A stretch of DNA of 64,000 nucleotides from NCBI GenBank assembly GCA_021323595.1, contig JAJPKR010000052.1, forward strand, positions 28,359-92,358. Direction: 5' to 3'. Position numbers and translations under genes: made by a program. Every line of letters begins with the position of its first letter. The first letter of the stretch is position 1. The DNA comes from Terriglobia bacterium (lineage in GTDB: Bacteria; Acidobacteriota; Terriglobia; Terriglobales; SCQP01). A model generated the notes under the pieces. That model saw nothing but the letters and a program-made list of their open reading frames with translations, ran no database searches and was not told where the DNA came from. Positions 29,986 to 41,045 of this stretch are shown piece by piece.

Positions 29986-32439
29986 ATGCACGCCCTGCTG
30001 CGCGACTTGCGCCACGGACTGCGCCTGCTGCGCCGCGATGCCGGCTTTGCCGCCGTCGCCATTCTCACCCTGGCGCTCGGCATCGGCGCCAACACCGCCA
30101 TCTTCAGCGTCGTGGATGCCGTGCTCCTCCGGCCCCTGCCGTTTCCCCATCCCGAGCAGTTGGTTTCGCTTCGCGAATCGGCCCCCACCTTCCCCAGCAT
30201 GTCGGTCGCCTACCCCGACTATCTCGACTGGGTGAAGCAAAATCACGTCTTTTCCTCCCTCGCCGCGTTTCAATGGGATGGCTACACCCTCACCGGCGTC
30301 GGCGAACCGGCGGCCATCCCGGCCGGCGCCGTCTCCGCCAGCTATTTCACGACCCTGGGCGTGCCGCCCCTCCTGGGACGCACCTTCAGCGCCGCCGACG
30401 ATCAGGCCGGCGCCGGCGGCACGGTCGTGCTCTCCTACAAGCTCTGGCAGCAGCGCTTCGGCGGCGACCGGAAATGGCTGGGGCGCGCCATTGACCTCGA
30501 TGGCCAGAGCTACACGATCATCGGCGTCATGCCGCCGGCGTTCTCCGGCGCCTTCTCGCAGTTCGCCGGCAATGACGTCGGCCTTTGGGTGGCCATCGGC
30601 CGCAAAGCGGGTCTGCCCGCGAACAAATTCCTGATGAATCGCGGCAGCCATCCTGGCATCAACGGCCTCGCCCGCCTGCGTCCCGGCGTCACCCTGGCGC
30701 AAGCCCGCGCCGCCATGGACACCATCGCCCAGCGGCTCGACCGCCAATACCCCGACTCCAATACCGGCGAAGGCGTCAACCTGATGAGCCTCAAGGAGCG
30801 CGCCGTGGGCGACACGCGCCCGGCGCTGCTGGCGTTGCTGGCCGCCGTCGCCTTCGTCTTGCTCATCGCCTGCGCCAACGTGGCCAATCTGCAACTGGCG
30901 CGCGCCGCCACCCGGCGCAAGGAATTCGCCATTCGCGCCGCTCTGGGCGCCGGCCGCGGCCGCCTGATCCGCCACTTGCTCACGGAAAGCGTGGCGCTGG
31001 CCTCTCTCGGCGGCCTGCTCGGCCTCGGACTCGCCGCCGTGCTCATCGCTCTCGCCCCCAAAATCCTTCCCGCCGGCGTGCCGCGCGCCGCCGAGCTCGG
31101 CTTGGACTGGCGCGTCCTGCTCTTCACCCTGGTCCTCTCCCTCGCCACCGGCATTCTCTTCGGCCTGGCGCCGGCGCTGCACGGCCCCGACCGCGATCTG
31201 CAAGGCGAACTCAAGGAAGGCGGCCGCTCCTCCCGCGGCGGCGTCACCGGCCAGCGCCTGCGCGGCGTGTTGGTCGCCGCCGAAGCCGCGCTCTCGCTCG
31301 TGCTCCTGCTCGGCGCCGGCCTGCTCTTGCGCAGCTTCTGGCGGCTCAGCCGCGTCAATCCCGGCTTCGCCACGCGCGGCGTGCTGACCTTCAGCGTCGG
31401 CCTGCCGCAAACCCGCTACCCCAAGGATGCGCAAATCGCCGCCTTCTTCCATCAGGCGCTGGCGCGCATCGCCGCCCTGCCGGGCGTCGCCGCCGCCGGC
31501 GCCATCCAGCCGCTGCCGCTCGGCGGCAGCGACTGGGAGAACTCCTTCCAGTTGCCCGACCGCCCCAAGTTCCCGCCCGGCCAAGTCCCCAGCGCCCACT
31601 TCGCCATGGTCACGCCGGACTATTTCCGCGCCATGCGCATCCCCCTGCTGCGCGGCCGTTACTTCACCGATGCCGACAATGCCGGCGCGCCCCTAGTCGC
31701 CATCATCGATCGCGGCTTCGCCGCCAAATACTGGCCCGGTCGCGATGCCATCGGCCAGCGCATCGCCATGGATAAAGACGTGCTCACCGTCGTCGGCGTC
31801 GTCCCCCACGTCATGCTGGAGGGCCTGGCCGGCGCTTCCCTGATCGATAAGTTGCCGCAAATGTATGTGCCGCACGCGCAGCACGCCAATAACTTCATGA
31901 GCTTCGTGCTGCGCGCCGCCCCCGGCTTCGCCGATCCCGGCAAGTTGCTGGCCCCGGCGAAGGCGGCCATCGCCGCGCTCGATCCCGACTTGCCGGTGTA
32001 CGACGTCAAGACCATGTCCGCGATCGTCTCCGCCAGCTTGGGCGAAAACCGCCTGTCGCTGATCCTGGTGGGCTTGTTCGCGTTCTTGGCGCTGGTGCTG
32101 GCGGCGGTGGGGATCTACGGCGTGATGTCCTACATGGTCGCGCAGCAATCCCATGACCTCGGACTGCGCATGGCGCTCGGCGCGCAGCGCGGCGATGTCT
32201 TGCGCCTCGTGCTCGGCCAGGGACTGCGGCTGGCCGCGGCCGGCCTCCTCGCCGGAATCCTCGCCGCGCTGGCCCTGGGCAAAGTGCTGGTGCGCTTCCT
32301 CTTCGGCGTCCGCCCCACCGATCCCCCGACGTTCGTCGCCATCGCCCTGGTGCTGCTGGCGGTCGCGCTGCTCGCCTGTTACTTGCCCGCGCGCCGCGCC
32401 ACCACCGTGGATCCGCTCGTGGCGCTCCGCTACGAGTAG
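29986..32439 (+). CDS. ADOP-type duplicated ABC permease
   Basis: DLRHGLRLL, LLIACANVANLQL, LGLRMALGAQR, VDPLVALRYE. Confidence 0.93.
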   Translation: MHALLRDLRHGLRLLRRDAGFAAVAILTLALGIGANTAIFSVVDAVLLRPLPFPHPEQLVSLRESAPTFPSMSVAYPDYLDWVKQNHVFSSLAAFQWDGYTLTGVGEPAAIPAGAVSASYFTTLGVPPLLGRTFSAADDQAGAGGTVVLSYKLWQQRFGGDRKWLGRAIDLDGQSYTIIGVMPPAFSGAFSQFAGNDVGLWVAIGRKAGLPANKFLMNRGSHPGINGLARLRPGVTLAQARAAMDTIAQRLDRQYPDSNTGEGVNLMSLKERAVGDTRPALLALLAAVAFVLLIACANVANLQLARAATRRKEFAIRAALGAGRGRLIRHLLTESVALASLGGLLGLGLAAVLIALAPKILPAGVPRAAELGLDWRVLLFTLVLSLATGILFGLAPALHGPDRDLQGELKEGGRSSRGGVTGQRLRGVLVAAEAALSLVLLLGAGLLLRSFWRLSRVNPGFATRGVLTFSVGLPQTRYPKDAQIAAFFHQALARIAALPGVAAAGAIQPLPLGGSDWENSFQLPDRPKFPPGQVPSAHFAMVTPDYFRAMRIPLLRGRYFTDADNAGAPLVAIIDRGFAAKYWPGRDAIGQRIAMDKDVLTVVGVVPHVMLEGLAGASLIDKLPQMYVPHAQHANNFMSFVLRAAPGFADPGKLLAPAKAAIAALDPDLPVYDVKTMSAIVSASLGENRLSLILVGLFAFLALVLAAVGIYGVMSYMVAQQSHDLGLRMALGAQRGDVLRLVLGQGLRLAAAGLLAGILAALALGKVLVRFLFGVRPTDPPTFVAIALVLLAVALLACYLPARRATTVDPLVALRYE

Positions 32440-32552
32440 CCGGCGCCGGCGCGGCGTTGTCGCTGAACCCCGATGGATTGCGGGAGAGCTGCGGAATCCC
32501 GGCGCGCCGGCCGTCGCCGGTCGCTGCCGCCCGCGCCCGCCCGCGGCCGCGT

Positions 32553-33920
32553 CTAGCGCGCCGCCGCGGCCGGCTTCAGATGCCGCGCGGCGAACTCGAG
32601 AAACGCCGGCCAGTTGGGCAAATCGGTATGGCCGCCCTCATGCTGCCGCCAGCCGATGTCGACGTCCAGCAACGCCGTGCCGAGCGGCGGCATGACGTCG
32701 CTCCCCAATCCTTCGCCGCCCAGCAGCCGATACACCGGCCCCGCCGCCACCGCCGCCAAGAACATCCCGCGATCGTCGATCCATCCGCCTTCGACCTTCG
32801 GCGAACCGGTGCTGATGAAAATCGGCCGCGGCGCGCACATCGCGATCAACTCATTCGAATCCACCGGCAGGTCGTTCACCGTGCGCGGGCCGTCATAAAG
32901 CAAAAAGTTGCCCGCCATCCATTGGTACTCGCCCGTCCCTGCCAGATTGCCCGCCTGTTCCCCGAAGTTGCGGCGAAAAGGCTTGGCGCCGCCCGCTCCC
33001 GACGAACCGATCAGCCCGATCGCGAAGCGCTGATCGTAAGCCATCGCCACCAGCGCCGCCTTGCCGTAGCGCGACAGCCCCTCGATCCCCACCTCATGAG
33101 CGTTGATTGCCGGATCGCTCTGCAGATAATCGAGCGCGCGGCTCGCGCCCCACGCCCAGGCTCGCAGCGCGCCCCATTGATCCGGACGCCGCGGCTGGCC
33201 GTGGTTGCACAGCCCGATGATTCCTTCCGTCAAGCCCGCGCCGCTGTCGGCTTGCACGCTCGTCGGCACCAGCACCGCGTAGCCCCAGCCATGCTCGAGC
33301 AACTGCTGTTGCCAGCTCGGCCCGGGCGGAGGCGGCGGCAGCTTGATGCCGCGTGCCCGCATCTGCGCCAAAAATCGCGCCATTTGCGCCGGATCGAAGC
33401 CGAGATGGATCATCGCCGGAACCGGCCCCCGGGCGTCGGCGGGCGTCGTCAGCGTCATCTCGATGTTGACCGCAATCAGCGGATACGCCGAATTGTCCAC
33501 CTGGCCGCGCAGTTGTTCGGTGACCACCGGAATGCCGTACTGCGTCTCCCGCTTGCGGCTGACCACGATCCAATCCACGCGCGGCGTGTGGCGCGGCACG
33601 CGGCCATAGACGTCGCGATCGAAAGCGGCGGCGATCTGCGGCCGCCGCTCGCGCCACCACATCGCCGCCGTGGTCACGCGCCGCCCGTCGGCCATCGTCA
33701 GCGCATCCGGCAGATCGGCGCCGCCCGCCTTGCTCTCGTCATAGTTGGGCGGATTCTTCGCGCCGGGATTGGGATCCGCGCCCGGCCGCAGCGCCCGGAT
33801 GCGCAGCATGCGCATCAGCAGCGCATGATCTTGCGCCGCCGTCATGTGCACCGGTGGGCGCGCTTGGGCCGCCGTGAAAACCGTCGCGGCCCCGAGAAAA
33901 CAGGCGAGTAAAGTTCGCAT
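32553..33920 (-). CDS. CE15 glucuronoyl esterase/acetylxylan esterase-like secreted protein
   Basis: NYDESK..LPDAL, WGALRAWAWGASRALDYL, GLSRYGKAAL catalytic-Ser motif, SSGAGGA, HEGGH; signal peptide; AGGAG RBS. Confidence 0.88.
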   Translation of the reverse strand: MRTLLACFLGAATVFTAAQARPPVHMTAAQDHALLMRMLRIRALRPGADPNPGAKNPPNYDESKAGGADLPDALTMADGRRVTTAAMWWRERRPQIAAAFDRDVYGRVPRHTPRVDWIVVSRKRETQYGIPVVTEQLRGQVDNSAYPLIAVNIEMTLTTPADARGPVPAMIHLGFDPAQMARFLAQMRARGIKLPPPPPGPSWQQQLLEHGWGYAVLVPTSVQADSGAGLTEGIIGLCNHGQPRRPDQWGALRAWAWGASRALDYLQSDPAINAHEVGIEGLSRYGKAALVAMAYDQRFAIGLIGSSGAGGAKPFRRNFGEQAGNLAGTGEYQWMAGNFLLYDGPRTVNDLPVDSNELIAMCAPRPIFISTGSPKVEGGWIDDRGMFLAAVAAGPVYRLLGGEGLGSDVMPPLGTALLDVDIGWRQHEGGHTDLPNWPAFLEFAARHLKPAAAAR

Positions 33921-34162
33921 CATCGCTCCTCGCGGTGCCCTGCGCGTGCATCGCATCGAGCTCCCAGCGCAAGCCGCGCCGGGGGCCGCGAAATTTCGCC
34001 GCGCCGCTGCGCCGCTGCCCGGCGAGGTCGTCGCGGCGCACGCAGCGAGCCGTGCGAGGCCGCGGGCCGTGCGGGCCGGCGCAAGTACACCAATGTACCT
34101 GATCCCGCCCGCGCGGCCGCGAACGCAGCCCGGCGACGCCGGTCGCCCCGCCCGCCGCGTCT

Positions 34163-34825
34163 TCAGGCGCGCCCGTAAATCGGTATCACCGCGCCGTTGA
34201 TCTCGCCGGCCTCGTCCGAGGCCAGCCACACCAGCAGATCGGCGATCGCTTCCGGCTTCACCCAGCGCGTGGCGTCCGCCTGGGGCATGGCCGCGCGGTT
34301 CGCGGGCGTGTCAATGGTGCTCGGCAAAACCACGTTGGCGGTGATGCCGTGCTCGCGGCCTTCGAGCGCCAGCGTGCGCGTCAGCGCGATCAACGCCGCC
34401 TTGGAGACGCCGTAGGCGGCGAAGTTCGCCGCCGCCTCGACCCCCGTGCGCGATCCCACCGTCAGGATGCGCCCCCGGCCCGCCGCCTTCATCGCCGGCA
34501 GCACCGCCCGGCAGAGATAAAACGCCGCGTTCAAATTCAGGTCGAGCATGCGCTGCCAGGTGGCGTCGTCGGTCGCCTCCACCGGCTGCCCGCCGGCAAA
34601 TCCGCCCATCAGATGCACCAGCACATCCACCCGCCCCGCTTGCCGCAGCGCCTCGTCCACCGCCGCGCGCGCGCCCTCCGGCCGCGTCAAGTCCGCGCTC
34701 ACGTAATTGCCCGCCCCGCGCGCCACGCCAACGACCGTGAATCCGGCCCGGGGAAACGCGCGCGTTACGGCCCCGCCCAGCCCGCCGCTCACGCCGCTGA
34801 TCAACGCTACCCGCCCGGCATTCAT
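34163..34825 (-). CDS. short-chain dehydrogenase/reductase
   Basis: ISGVSGGLG, YGVSK (YxxxK), NVVLPSTIDTPANR. Confidence 0.93.
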   Translation of the reverse strand: MNAGRVALISGVSGGLGGAVTRAFPRAGFTVVGVARGAGNYVSADLTRPEGARAAVDEALRQAGRVDVLVHLMGGFAGGQPVEATDDATWQRMLDLNLNAAFYLCRAVLPAMKAAGRGRILTVGSRTGVEAAANFAAYGVSKAALIALTRTLALEGREHGITANVVLPSTIDTPANRAAMPQADATRWVKPEAIADLLVWLASDEAGEINGAVIPIYGRA

Positions 34826-37800
34826 CGCTGCTGCGATTGTACCTGCGCCGCCCCGCCCGCCGCCTCCGCTCCCGCCGCGGGAAAGCTCAGCATCCGCGTA
34901 TCGCCCATCGGCACCAACACCAGCGAACAGGTCGGCTTCGCGTGCAGCAACGGAACGGATTCACAACTCAAAAGGCCTTGTGCGATCAAGGGCGCGTGCC
35001 CGCCGCCGGGCAGCCCCGCCAGCTTCAGCGCCGCGCCCTCGACGTGCGCCAACGCCGGCCGCAACGAAGCATCGCCCGTAACCCACTGCGCCGCGCCGAT
35101 GCGCAACGGCCCCTGTCCGTCGGCGCCGGCGTCCAAACGCAGCAAGAGCTCCGCGCTCCCGTCCGCTTTCGGTGGCGCGGGAAAATTGAGCGTGCGCAAA
35201 TTCTGCAAATCCATACGATGCCGCGATTCGGCCCCGCTGACCGCCTCCGCGCCGATCAGCCCTTCCAGCACCTGCTGGTCCGCGTGGAACTGGTCCGTGC
35301 GCGACGCCAGGATGCCGGCGGCCGATTTGGGCACCTTCACCTTCGCCAACGCTGCGGGATCGATCCTCCCCATCGGAGCTTCTTGCGCCACGATCTGCGC
35401 GTAAATCGCGGCCGCTTCGCGCTTATGCCCCAGCTTTGCCTCCGCCTCCCCCAGCGCCCGCCCCGTCTCTTTCTGCTCCATCAACTCCCAGCTCGCGCGC
35501 AAATAGGGAATCGCCCCTTCTGTGTCGCCGAGTTGCAGCCGGGCCCTGCCGATCGCTTCCCACTCCATCACCAGCGTGCGGGTGAGCGTCAAATCGCGCG
35601 CCTGGAGCGGGGCCGCCGCGGCCGCGGCCAGCGCCTGCGCGGCGGCGTTCGCGCCTTGCCCCGCGTACTGCTGCGCGCGCTCCGGATCGAGATGGTGCCA
35701 CGCCATCCAAGCGCCGATCGAGCCGCTCAGCTCGGGCGATGGCGCGAGGCTCGCCGCCTTTTCCAGTTCCGCGATGGCCGGCTCGGTCTGCCCCGTCTGC
35801 TCCAAACTCATGCCCAGATCGGCGTGCACTTGCGCGTCGTCCGGCGTGATCTTCGCCGCTTCCTGCAGCTCGGGAATCGCCTTCGCGTACTGCCCCAGCC
35901 GGGCCAGCAATTCGCCCAGATTGGCATGCGCGTAGCGGTCGAGGGGATTGATCTGGATCTGCTGCTCGAACTCCTGCGCGGCATCCTGCATTTGCCCCAG
36001 GCGCATCTGCGCCAGCCCCGCGTTGTTGTATGCATACGGATCGAAGGGGTTATGGGCAATCTGCTTCTGAAAGGCGGCGAGCGCCGGCCCCGGCTGATTG
36101 TCGTCTAAGTACGCGCGGCCCAGCTCATTCCACACATCCGCGGGCGGCGCAGCCGCAGCCGCCGCCTGCGTGAACAATTGGATCGCGCGGCCATAATCCC
36201 CTTCCTGAAACGCCGTTTCTCCGGCGGCATAGAGGCCCGCGCCCGTGTTGCTCGCCGGAGCCGCCGCCACCTCCCCGGTCCGCGTCACCGGGAGCGCCTG
36301 GTTCAGGTCCGCTTGTACCGCGCGCCGGAACGCCTCGTAATCGTCGTGCGCCGCGGCGGGGATTTCCCGTTCCGAAAATTTCATCGTGCGGGTGATCGTG
36401 ACCGTCTCGCCCGTGGCCGCCGTGCCGGTGACCGCGTACTGCGACGTGTATTGGGCGTACGGCCGCCTGAGGTTCACCGCCACCGGCGCCGTCGCTTCAT
36501 AACCCACCGGGAGCCGCAGCGTCAGCACGTGCTCGCTCGTCATCGGCGACCCCACTTTGAGCGGCTTGCCCTCGTCCGCCTCCGGCAGCGCCAAGCCTTT
36601 CGGCAAGCTAAGGTCGCTGGTCTTGTCGCCGGGGCTCCAGAAATCGTCGGCGGTGGAATGAAACGCCAGTTGCAGCGGCGCGCTGGTCAGTGCCAAGTTC
36701 TTCGCGTCGGTCTGGCTCACCTCGCCGCTCTGCCAAGTCGCCGCTATCATCGCTTGGTCCATCAGCGGCCAGCGCGCGGAGGGAATCGCGTTGTACAGCA
36801 TGCGCAGCACCAGCGCCCCATCCCCCGATTCCGCCAATTTGACGTCGGCCTCGAGCTTGCCGCTGGCGTCGGCGTTGGCCGCGATCGTCATGCGCTCGAA
36901 CATCGGGCTCGGTGGATCCGCCGGCGTGCGCTCCAGATGCGCGGCCCCGGACCCGGGAATCACCAGCGCCTCCTCGTCGCGAATCGGCGCGAACAGCATC
37001 CCGAACGCGGCCACCCGCGTCGTCGTGTCCAGCCACTGCTCGCCCTGCGGCGTCGGAATCGCGGTGATGATGTGATCGAATTGTCCCGGCGAGGGGACGT
37101 CGGGATCCACCGCGTGCTTCGTCGAAACCAACGCCGCCTCCGCCGGGATGCCCACCGCGTGCAGCAACGCCGCCAAGAGCGTTTCCTGGTCCTTGCAGTC
37201 GCCGTATTCGTTCGCCAGCACCTGCTCGGCCGCGTGCGGCTGGTACCGCCCGATCCCGAACGAGAGGCTCACGTAACGGATGGTCTTCGCCACATAATCG
37301 TAGAGCGCCTCCGCCTTGCCCCGCTCGCTCGTCTGTCCCGCCGTCAGCCGCGCCGCCAGCGCCGCCAGCGCCGGCGTGACGCGGAGCTGGCTCTTTTGCA
37401 GCCCGGCATACCAAGCGCCCACCGCCGCCCAGGAAGAGAAGGTCGTCAACTGCACGTCCGGAGGCGGCGGCAACTCGCCGCCAACGCGCGTCTGCGGCGC
37501 GGCGTCGCTGGTGGGCGCCGGCGGGTGCCAAAAGTACACCGTCCGCCCGGCGCGGCTCATCACCGACGTCGCGGCATAGCCCGGCTGTGTCCGTAAGATC
37601 ACCGCTCGGCCCTGCGGGATATCGATCGTCAGCGTCTCCGAGCGCGTGGCGGCGCTGTGGGAAAACTGGAACTCGAACCAAAACTGCCCGGGATCGAGCG
37701 GCGCGAAACGTTCCGTGACCACGTCGTAGGAGACCTCCGCGCCTACGCTCACGCCCGGCACCGTGACGTGCACCTGGTGATAATCCGAATAGACCGGCGC

Positions 37801-38154
37801 AATGCGCTCGATCGGCAAAGGCAGATCGCGCACGGCATCGGCGCCGACTTGGATCTCGCGCCCATCGGCGGTCTTCACCCGCACAGACACCACGTGCAAG
37901 CGCTCGTTGGCCGAGTTATACCCGAAGACCAGCTCGCCCGCCCGTTGCACGCCCGGCGGCGTCTGCACGCGCATGCTCGCGCTCTCCTCCCGCCGCATCT
38001 TCCCGTCGTTCTCGAAGCGCACCGTGGTCGCCAAACTTTCGATCAGGACCGGCTCCTGCGCCAGATTCGCCGGCGTGGCGGTGGTCTGCCCGGCTGCCGT
38101 CGCCGTCGCCAGCAGCCACGCCAGCCCCAGCCCCAGAGTCGCCGCTCTAGTCAT
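34822..38154 (-). CDS. DUF3857/transglutaminase-like protein with TPR repeats, secreted
   Basis: Signal peptide; IRYVSLSFGIG, GDCKD, FDHII, WLD triad motifs; TPRs such as WNELGRAY, AYNNAG, AHANLG. Confidence 0.88.
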   Translation of the reverse strand: MTRAATLGLGLAWLLATATAAGQTTATPANLAQEPVLIESLATTVRFENDGKMRREESASMRVQTPPGVQRAGELVFGYNSANERLHVVSVRVKTADGREIQVGADAVRDLPLPIERIAPVYSDYHQVHVTVPGVSVGAEVSYDVVTERFAPLDPGQFWFEFQFSHSAATRSETLTIDIPQGRAVILRTQPGYAATSVMSRAGRTVYFWHPPAPTSDAAPQTRVGGELPPPPDVQLTTFSSWAAVGAWYAGLQKSQLRVTPALAALAARLTAGQTSERGKAEALYDYVAKTIRYVSLSFGIGRYQPHAAEQVLANEYGDCKDQETLLAALLHAVGIPAEAALVSTKHAVDPDVPSPGQFDHIITAIPTPQGEQWLDTTTRVAAFGMLFAPIRDEEALVIPGSGAAHLERTPADPPSPMFERMTIAANADASGKLEADVKLAESGDGALVLRMLYNAIPSARWPLMDQAMIAATWQSGEVSQTDAKNLALTSAPLQLAFHSTADDFWSPGDKTSDLSLPKGLALPEADEGKPLKVGSPMTSEHVLTLRLPVGYEATAPVAVNLRRPYAQYTSQYAVTGTAATGETVTITRTMKFSEREIPAAAHDDYEAFRRAVQADLNQALPVTRTGEVAAAPASNTGAGLYAAGETAFQEGDYGRAIQLFTQAAAAAAPPADVWNELGRAYLDDNQPGPALAAFQKQIAHNPFDPYAYNNAGLAQMRLGQMQDAAQEFEQQIQINPLDRYAHANLGELLARLGQYAKAIPELQEAAKITPDDAQVHADLGMSLEQTGQTEPAIAELEKAASLAPSPELSGSIGAWMAWHHLDPERAQQYAGQGANAAAQALAAAAAAPLQARDLTLTRTLVMEWEAIGRARLQLGDTEGAIPYLRASWELMEQKETGRALGEAEAKLGHKREAAAIYAQIVAQEAPMGRIDPAALAKVKVPKSAAGILASRTDQFHADQQVLEGLIGAEAVSGAESRHRMDLQNLRTLNFPAPPKADGSAELLLRLDAGADGQGPLRIGAAQWVTGDASLRPALAHVEGAALKLAGLPGGGHAPLIAQGLLSCESVPLLHAKPTCSLVLVPMGDTRMLSFPAAGAEAAGGAAQVQSQQR

Positions 38155-38355
38155 GCCCGTCTTATCTAAGGCCGTTCAGCTCGAATTTACAAGCGCCAGC
38201 AACCCGCCGCCGTGCTCGCCCTCGCCGGCCTCCCTCCGCCTTTTCTCGCCGCTTTCTGGTTGCCGTCCCCCAATTGCCCCCGCCCGCCTCCCGCCGGCGC
38301 TTCCACCCGCCGCGCCGCCCACCGCGCCGCTTCATCCGGCGCTAGGCTGGAAGCA

Positions 38356-39711
38356 GTGGCTAGCGTTTTGCTCCTCGGCCATTACGAACTCGGCCGCCAG
38401 CCCTTCGGGCTGGCCTCGGCGGCCGCTTGGCTGCGCGCCGCGGGCTGGCCAACGGAAATCCGCGATCTCTCCCGCCAGCAGTTGGCGCCGGAGCTCGTCC
38501 GCGTCGCCAGCCTGATCGGCCTCTATTTGCCGATGCACACCGCCACGCGCCTGGCGGCGGCGCTCCTGCCCGCGCTGCGCCGCGATGCGCCCCGCGCCAC
38601 CCTCTGCTGCTTCGGCCTCTACGCGCCGCTCAACGCCGAGTTTCTGCGCGAGCTGGGCGCTTCGGTCATCCTCGGCCCGGAATTCGAAGCCGACCTCGTC
38701 CGCGTCGCGCAGGGCGTCCCGCCCCGCGACCCGGCGGCCTTGCCGCGCCTGCCGTTCCTCGTGCCCGAACGCGCCGGCTTGCCGCCGCTCGCCGACTACG
38801 CCCGCTTGCGGACCCCCTCCGGCGCGCGCGTCGCCGGCGCCACCGAAACCACCCGCGGCTGCAAGCACTTCTGCCGCCATTGCCCGATCGTGCCCGTCTA
38901 CGGCGGCCATTTCCGCGTCATTCCCCGCGCCGTGGTGCTCGAGGATATTCGCCGCCAGGTCGCCGCCGGCGCCGAGCACATCACCTTCGCCGACCCCGAC
39001 TTCTTCAACGGCCCCGCGCACGCCCTCGCCGTCGTGCGCGCCCTGCACGCGGAATTTCCCCGGCTCAGCTACGACGTCACCATCAAGATCGAGCATCTGC
39101 TCCGCCATGCCGCCCTGCTGCCCGAGTTGCGCGCCACCGGCTGCGTGCTGGTCACCAGCGCCGTCGAATCGCTCGACGATGCCGTGCTCGCGCGCTTGGC
39201 CAAGGGCCACACACGAGCTGACTTCCTGCGCGCCGTCGAACTGCTCGCCGCCCACGGCCTGGCGCTCAGCCCCACCTTCGTCCCCTTCACTCCTTGGACG
39301 ACGCCCGCCGCTTACGCCGATCTGCTGCAAACGTTGGCCCGCCTCGGCCTGGTCGAAGCCGTCGCGCCGATTCAACTGGGCATCCGCCTGCTGATCCCGC
39401 GCCGCTCCCGCATTCTCGATCTGCCCGATGCCGGCGAGTGGCTCGGCGCCTTCGAGCCGGCGACCCTCAGCTATCGTTGGCGCCATCCCGACCCCGAGAT
39501 GGATGAGCTCCAGCGCCGCGTGCAGTCGGCCATCGCCGCCGGCGTTACGCGCGGCGCGGCGCGCGCCGAGATCTTCGCCCGGCTCTGCGCCCTCGCCGCC
39601 GTGCCGCCGCCCGAGCGGCTGCCCCCGCGCGAGCGCATCCCCTACCTCGACGAACCTTGGTTCTGTTGAAGCGAGCCCACCGGCGAGCAGTTCGCTCGCG
39701 CCCTCTACTGA
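38356..39711 (+). CDS. CUAEP/CCAEP-tail-type radical SAM protein, probable selenoprotein (Sec at UGA 39667-39669)
   Basis: CKHFCRHC radical SAM motif; YELGRQPFG N-terminus; reading through UGA gives EPWF-C-U-S-E-P-TGEQFARALY* ending at TGA 39709-39711, which overlaps the next ATG; SECIS-like hairpin follows the UGA. Confidence 0.88.
39683..39699 (+). promoter_or_regulatory. bacterial SECIS-like hairpin
   Basis: GCGAGC-AGTTC-GCTCGC; loop begins 19 nt after the UGA and has GU at its 5' side. Confidence 0.7.
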
Positions 39712-41006
39712 TGCCCCGCGCCGTGCTTCTGATCACGACCACGCTCGGCTACCAAGCCGAGGAGTTTCGCGCCGCCGCCGCGCGGCTGCGCGTGCCGCTG
39801 TTCGTCGCCAGCGATCGCTGCCATCGCCTCGCCGATCCCTGGGGCGACCAAGCGTTGCCGATCCGCTTCGAGCGTCCCCGCGCCGCCGCCGCCGCCATCG
39901 CGCGCCAGCCCTGGGCGCGGGAGATCGCCGGCGTGCTCGCCCTGGGCGATCGCGCGACGCTCGCCGCCGCCTGCACCGCAGTGCGGCTGGGCTTGCGCGG
40001 CAATCCGCCCGCCGCCGTCCGCGCCGCCGCCGACAAGTTCCGCTTGCGCCGTGCGCTCCGCGCCGCCGCCCTGCCCACGCCCGCCTTCCGCCGCTGGCCG
40101 CTCGCCGCCGATCCCGCCCGCGCCGCCGCGCTCGCGGCCTATCCTTGCGTGCTCAAGCCGCTCGCGCTCTCCGGCAGCCGCGGCGTCATCCGCGCCGACG
40201 ATCGCGCCCAATTCCTCGCCGCCTGGTCGCGCATCGCGCGGCTCTTGCGGCGTCCCGAGCTGCGCGCCTGGCGCGCGCCCGGCCTCGATTTCCTTCAGGT
40301 CGAGAGCTACATCGCCGGTGAAGAAGTCGCGCTCGAAGGCTGGCTCGAAGACGGCCGCTTGCGCGTGCTCGCGCTCTTCGATAAGCCCGACCCGCTCGTC
40401 GGTCCCTACTTCGAGGAAACCATTTACGTCACCCCCTCGCGGCATCCGCCCCGCGCGCAAGCCGCCATCGCCCGCGCCATTGCCCGCGCCGCCGCCGCCG
40501 TCGGGCTCCGCCACGGCCCGCTGCACGCGGAGGCGCGCTTCAACTCGCAGGGCGTCTTCGTGCTCGAGCTCGCCGCCCGGCCCATCGGCGGCCTGTGCGC
40601 CCGCAGCTTGCGCTTCGTGCCGCCCAATGGCGGCGCCCCGCTTCCCTTCGCCGCTTGGCTGCTGCGCGCCGCGCTCGCCCCCGGCGCCGCCCCGCGCTAC
40701 CGCCGCGAGGCGCGCGCCAGCGGCGTCATGATGCTCCCCATCGGCGCCGGCGGCTTCTTGCGCGAGGTCGCCGGCCAAGACGCCGCCCGCGCCGTCCCCC
40801 ACGTCTCCGACCTCGTCATCACCGCCAAACTCGGCGAGCGCCTGGAGCCGCTGCCCGAAGGCGCCAGCTATCTCGGCTTCGTCTTCGCGCGCGCCTCCGC
40901 ACCCGCCCTCGTCGAGCGCAGCTTGCGCCAGGCCTTCGCCCGCCTCCGCCCGCGCTGGTCGCCGCCGCTGCCGCTCGCCGCCGCGCACCCGGCGCCGCCC
41001 CGCTGA
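39711..41006 (+). CDS. ATP-grasp ligase (L-amino-acid-ligase-like)
   Basis: AADKF, PCVLKP..LSGSRGV, VESYIAGEEV, ELAARPIGG, C-terminal LPEGASYLGFV; TGATG coupling to the extended radical SAM gene. Confidence 0.9.
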   Translation: MPRAVLLITTTLGYQAEEFRAAAARLRVPLFVASDRCHRLADPWGDQALPIRFERPRAAAAAIARQPWAREIAGVLALGDRATLAAACTAVRLGLRGNPPAAVRAAADKFRLRRALRAAALPTPAFRRWPLAADPARAAALAAYPCVLKPLALSGSRGVIRADDRAQFLAAWSRIARLLRRPELRAWRAPGLDFLQVESYIAGEEVALEGWLEDGRLRVLALFDKPDPLVGPYFEETIYVTPSRHPPRAQAAIARAIARAAAAVGLRHGPLHAEARFNSQGVFVLELAARPIGGLCARSLRFVPPNGGAPLPFAAWLLRAALAPGAAPRYRREARASGVMMLPIGAGGFLREVAGQDAARAVPHVSDLVITAKLGERLEPLPEGASYLGFVFARASAPALVERSLRQAFARLRPRWSPPLPLAAAHPAPPR

Positions 41007-41045
41007 CCCGCGCGCGCCGCCGCGGTCCCCGCCGGCCGCCAAAAG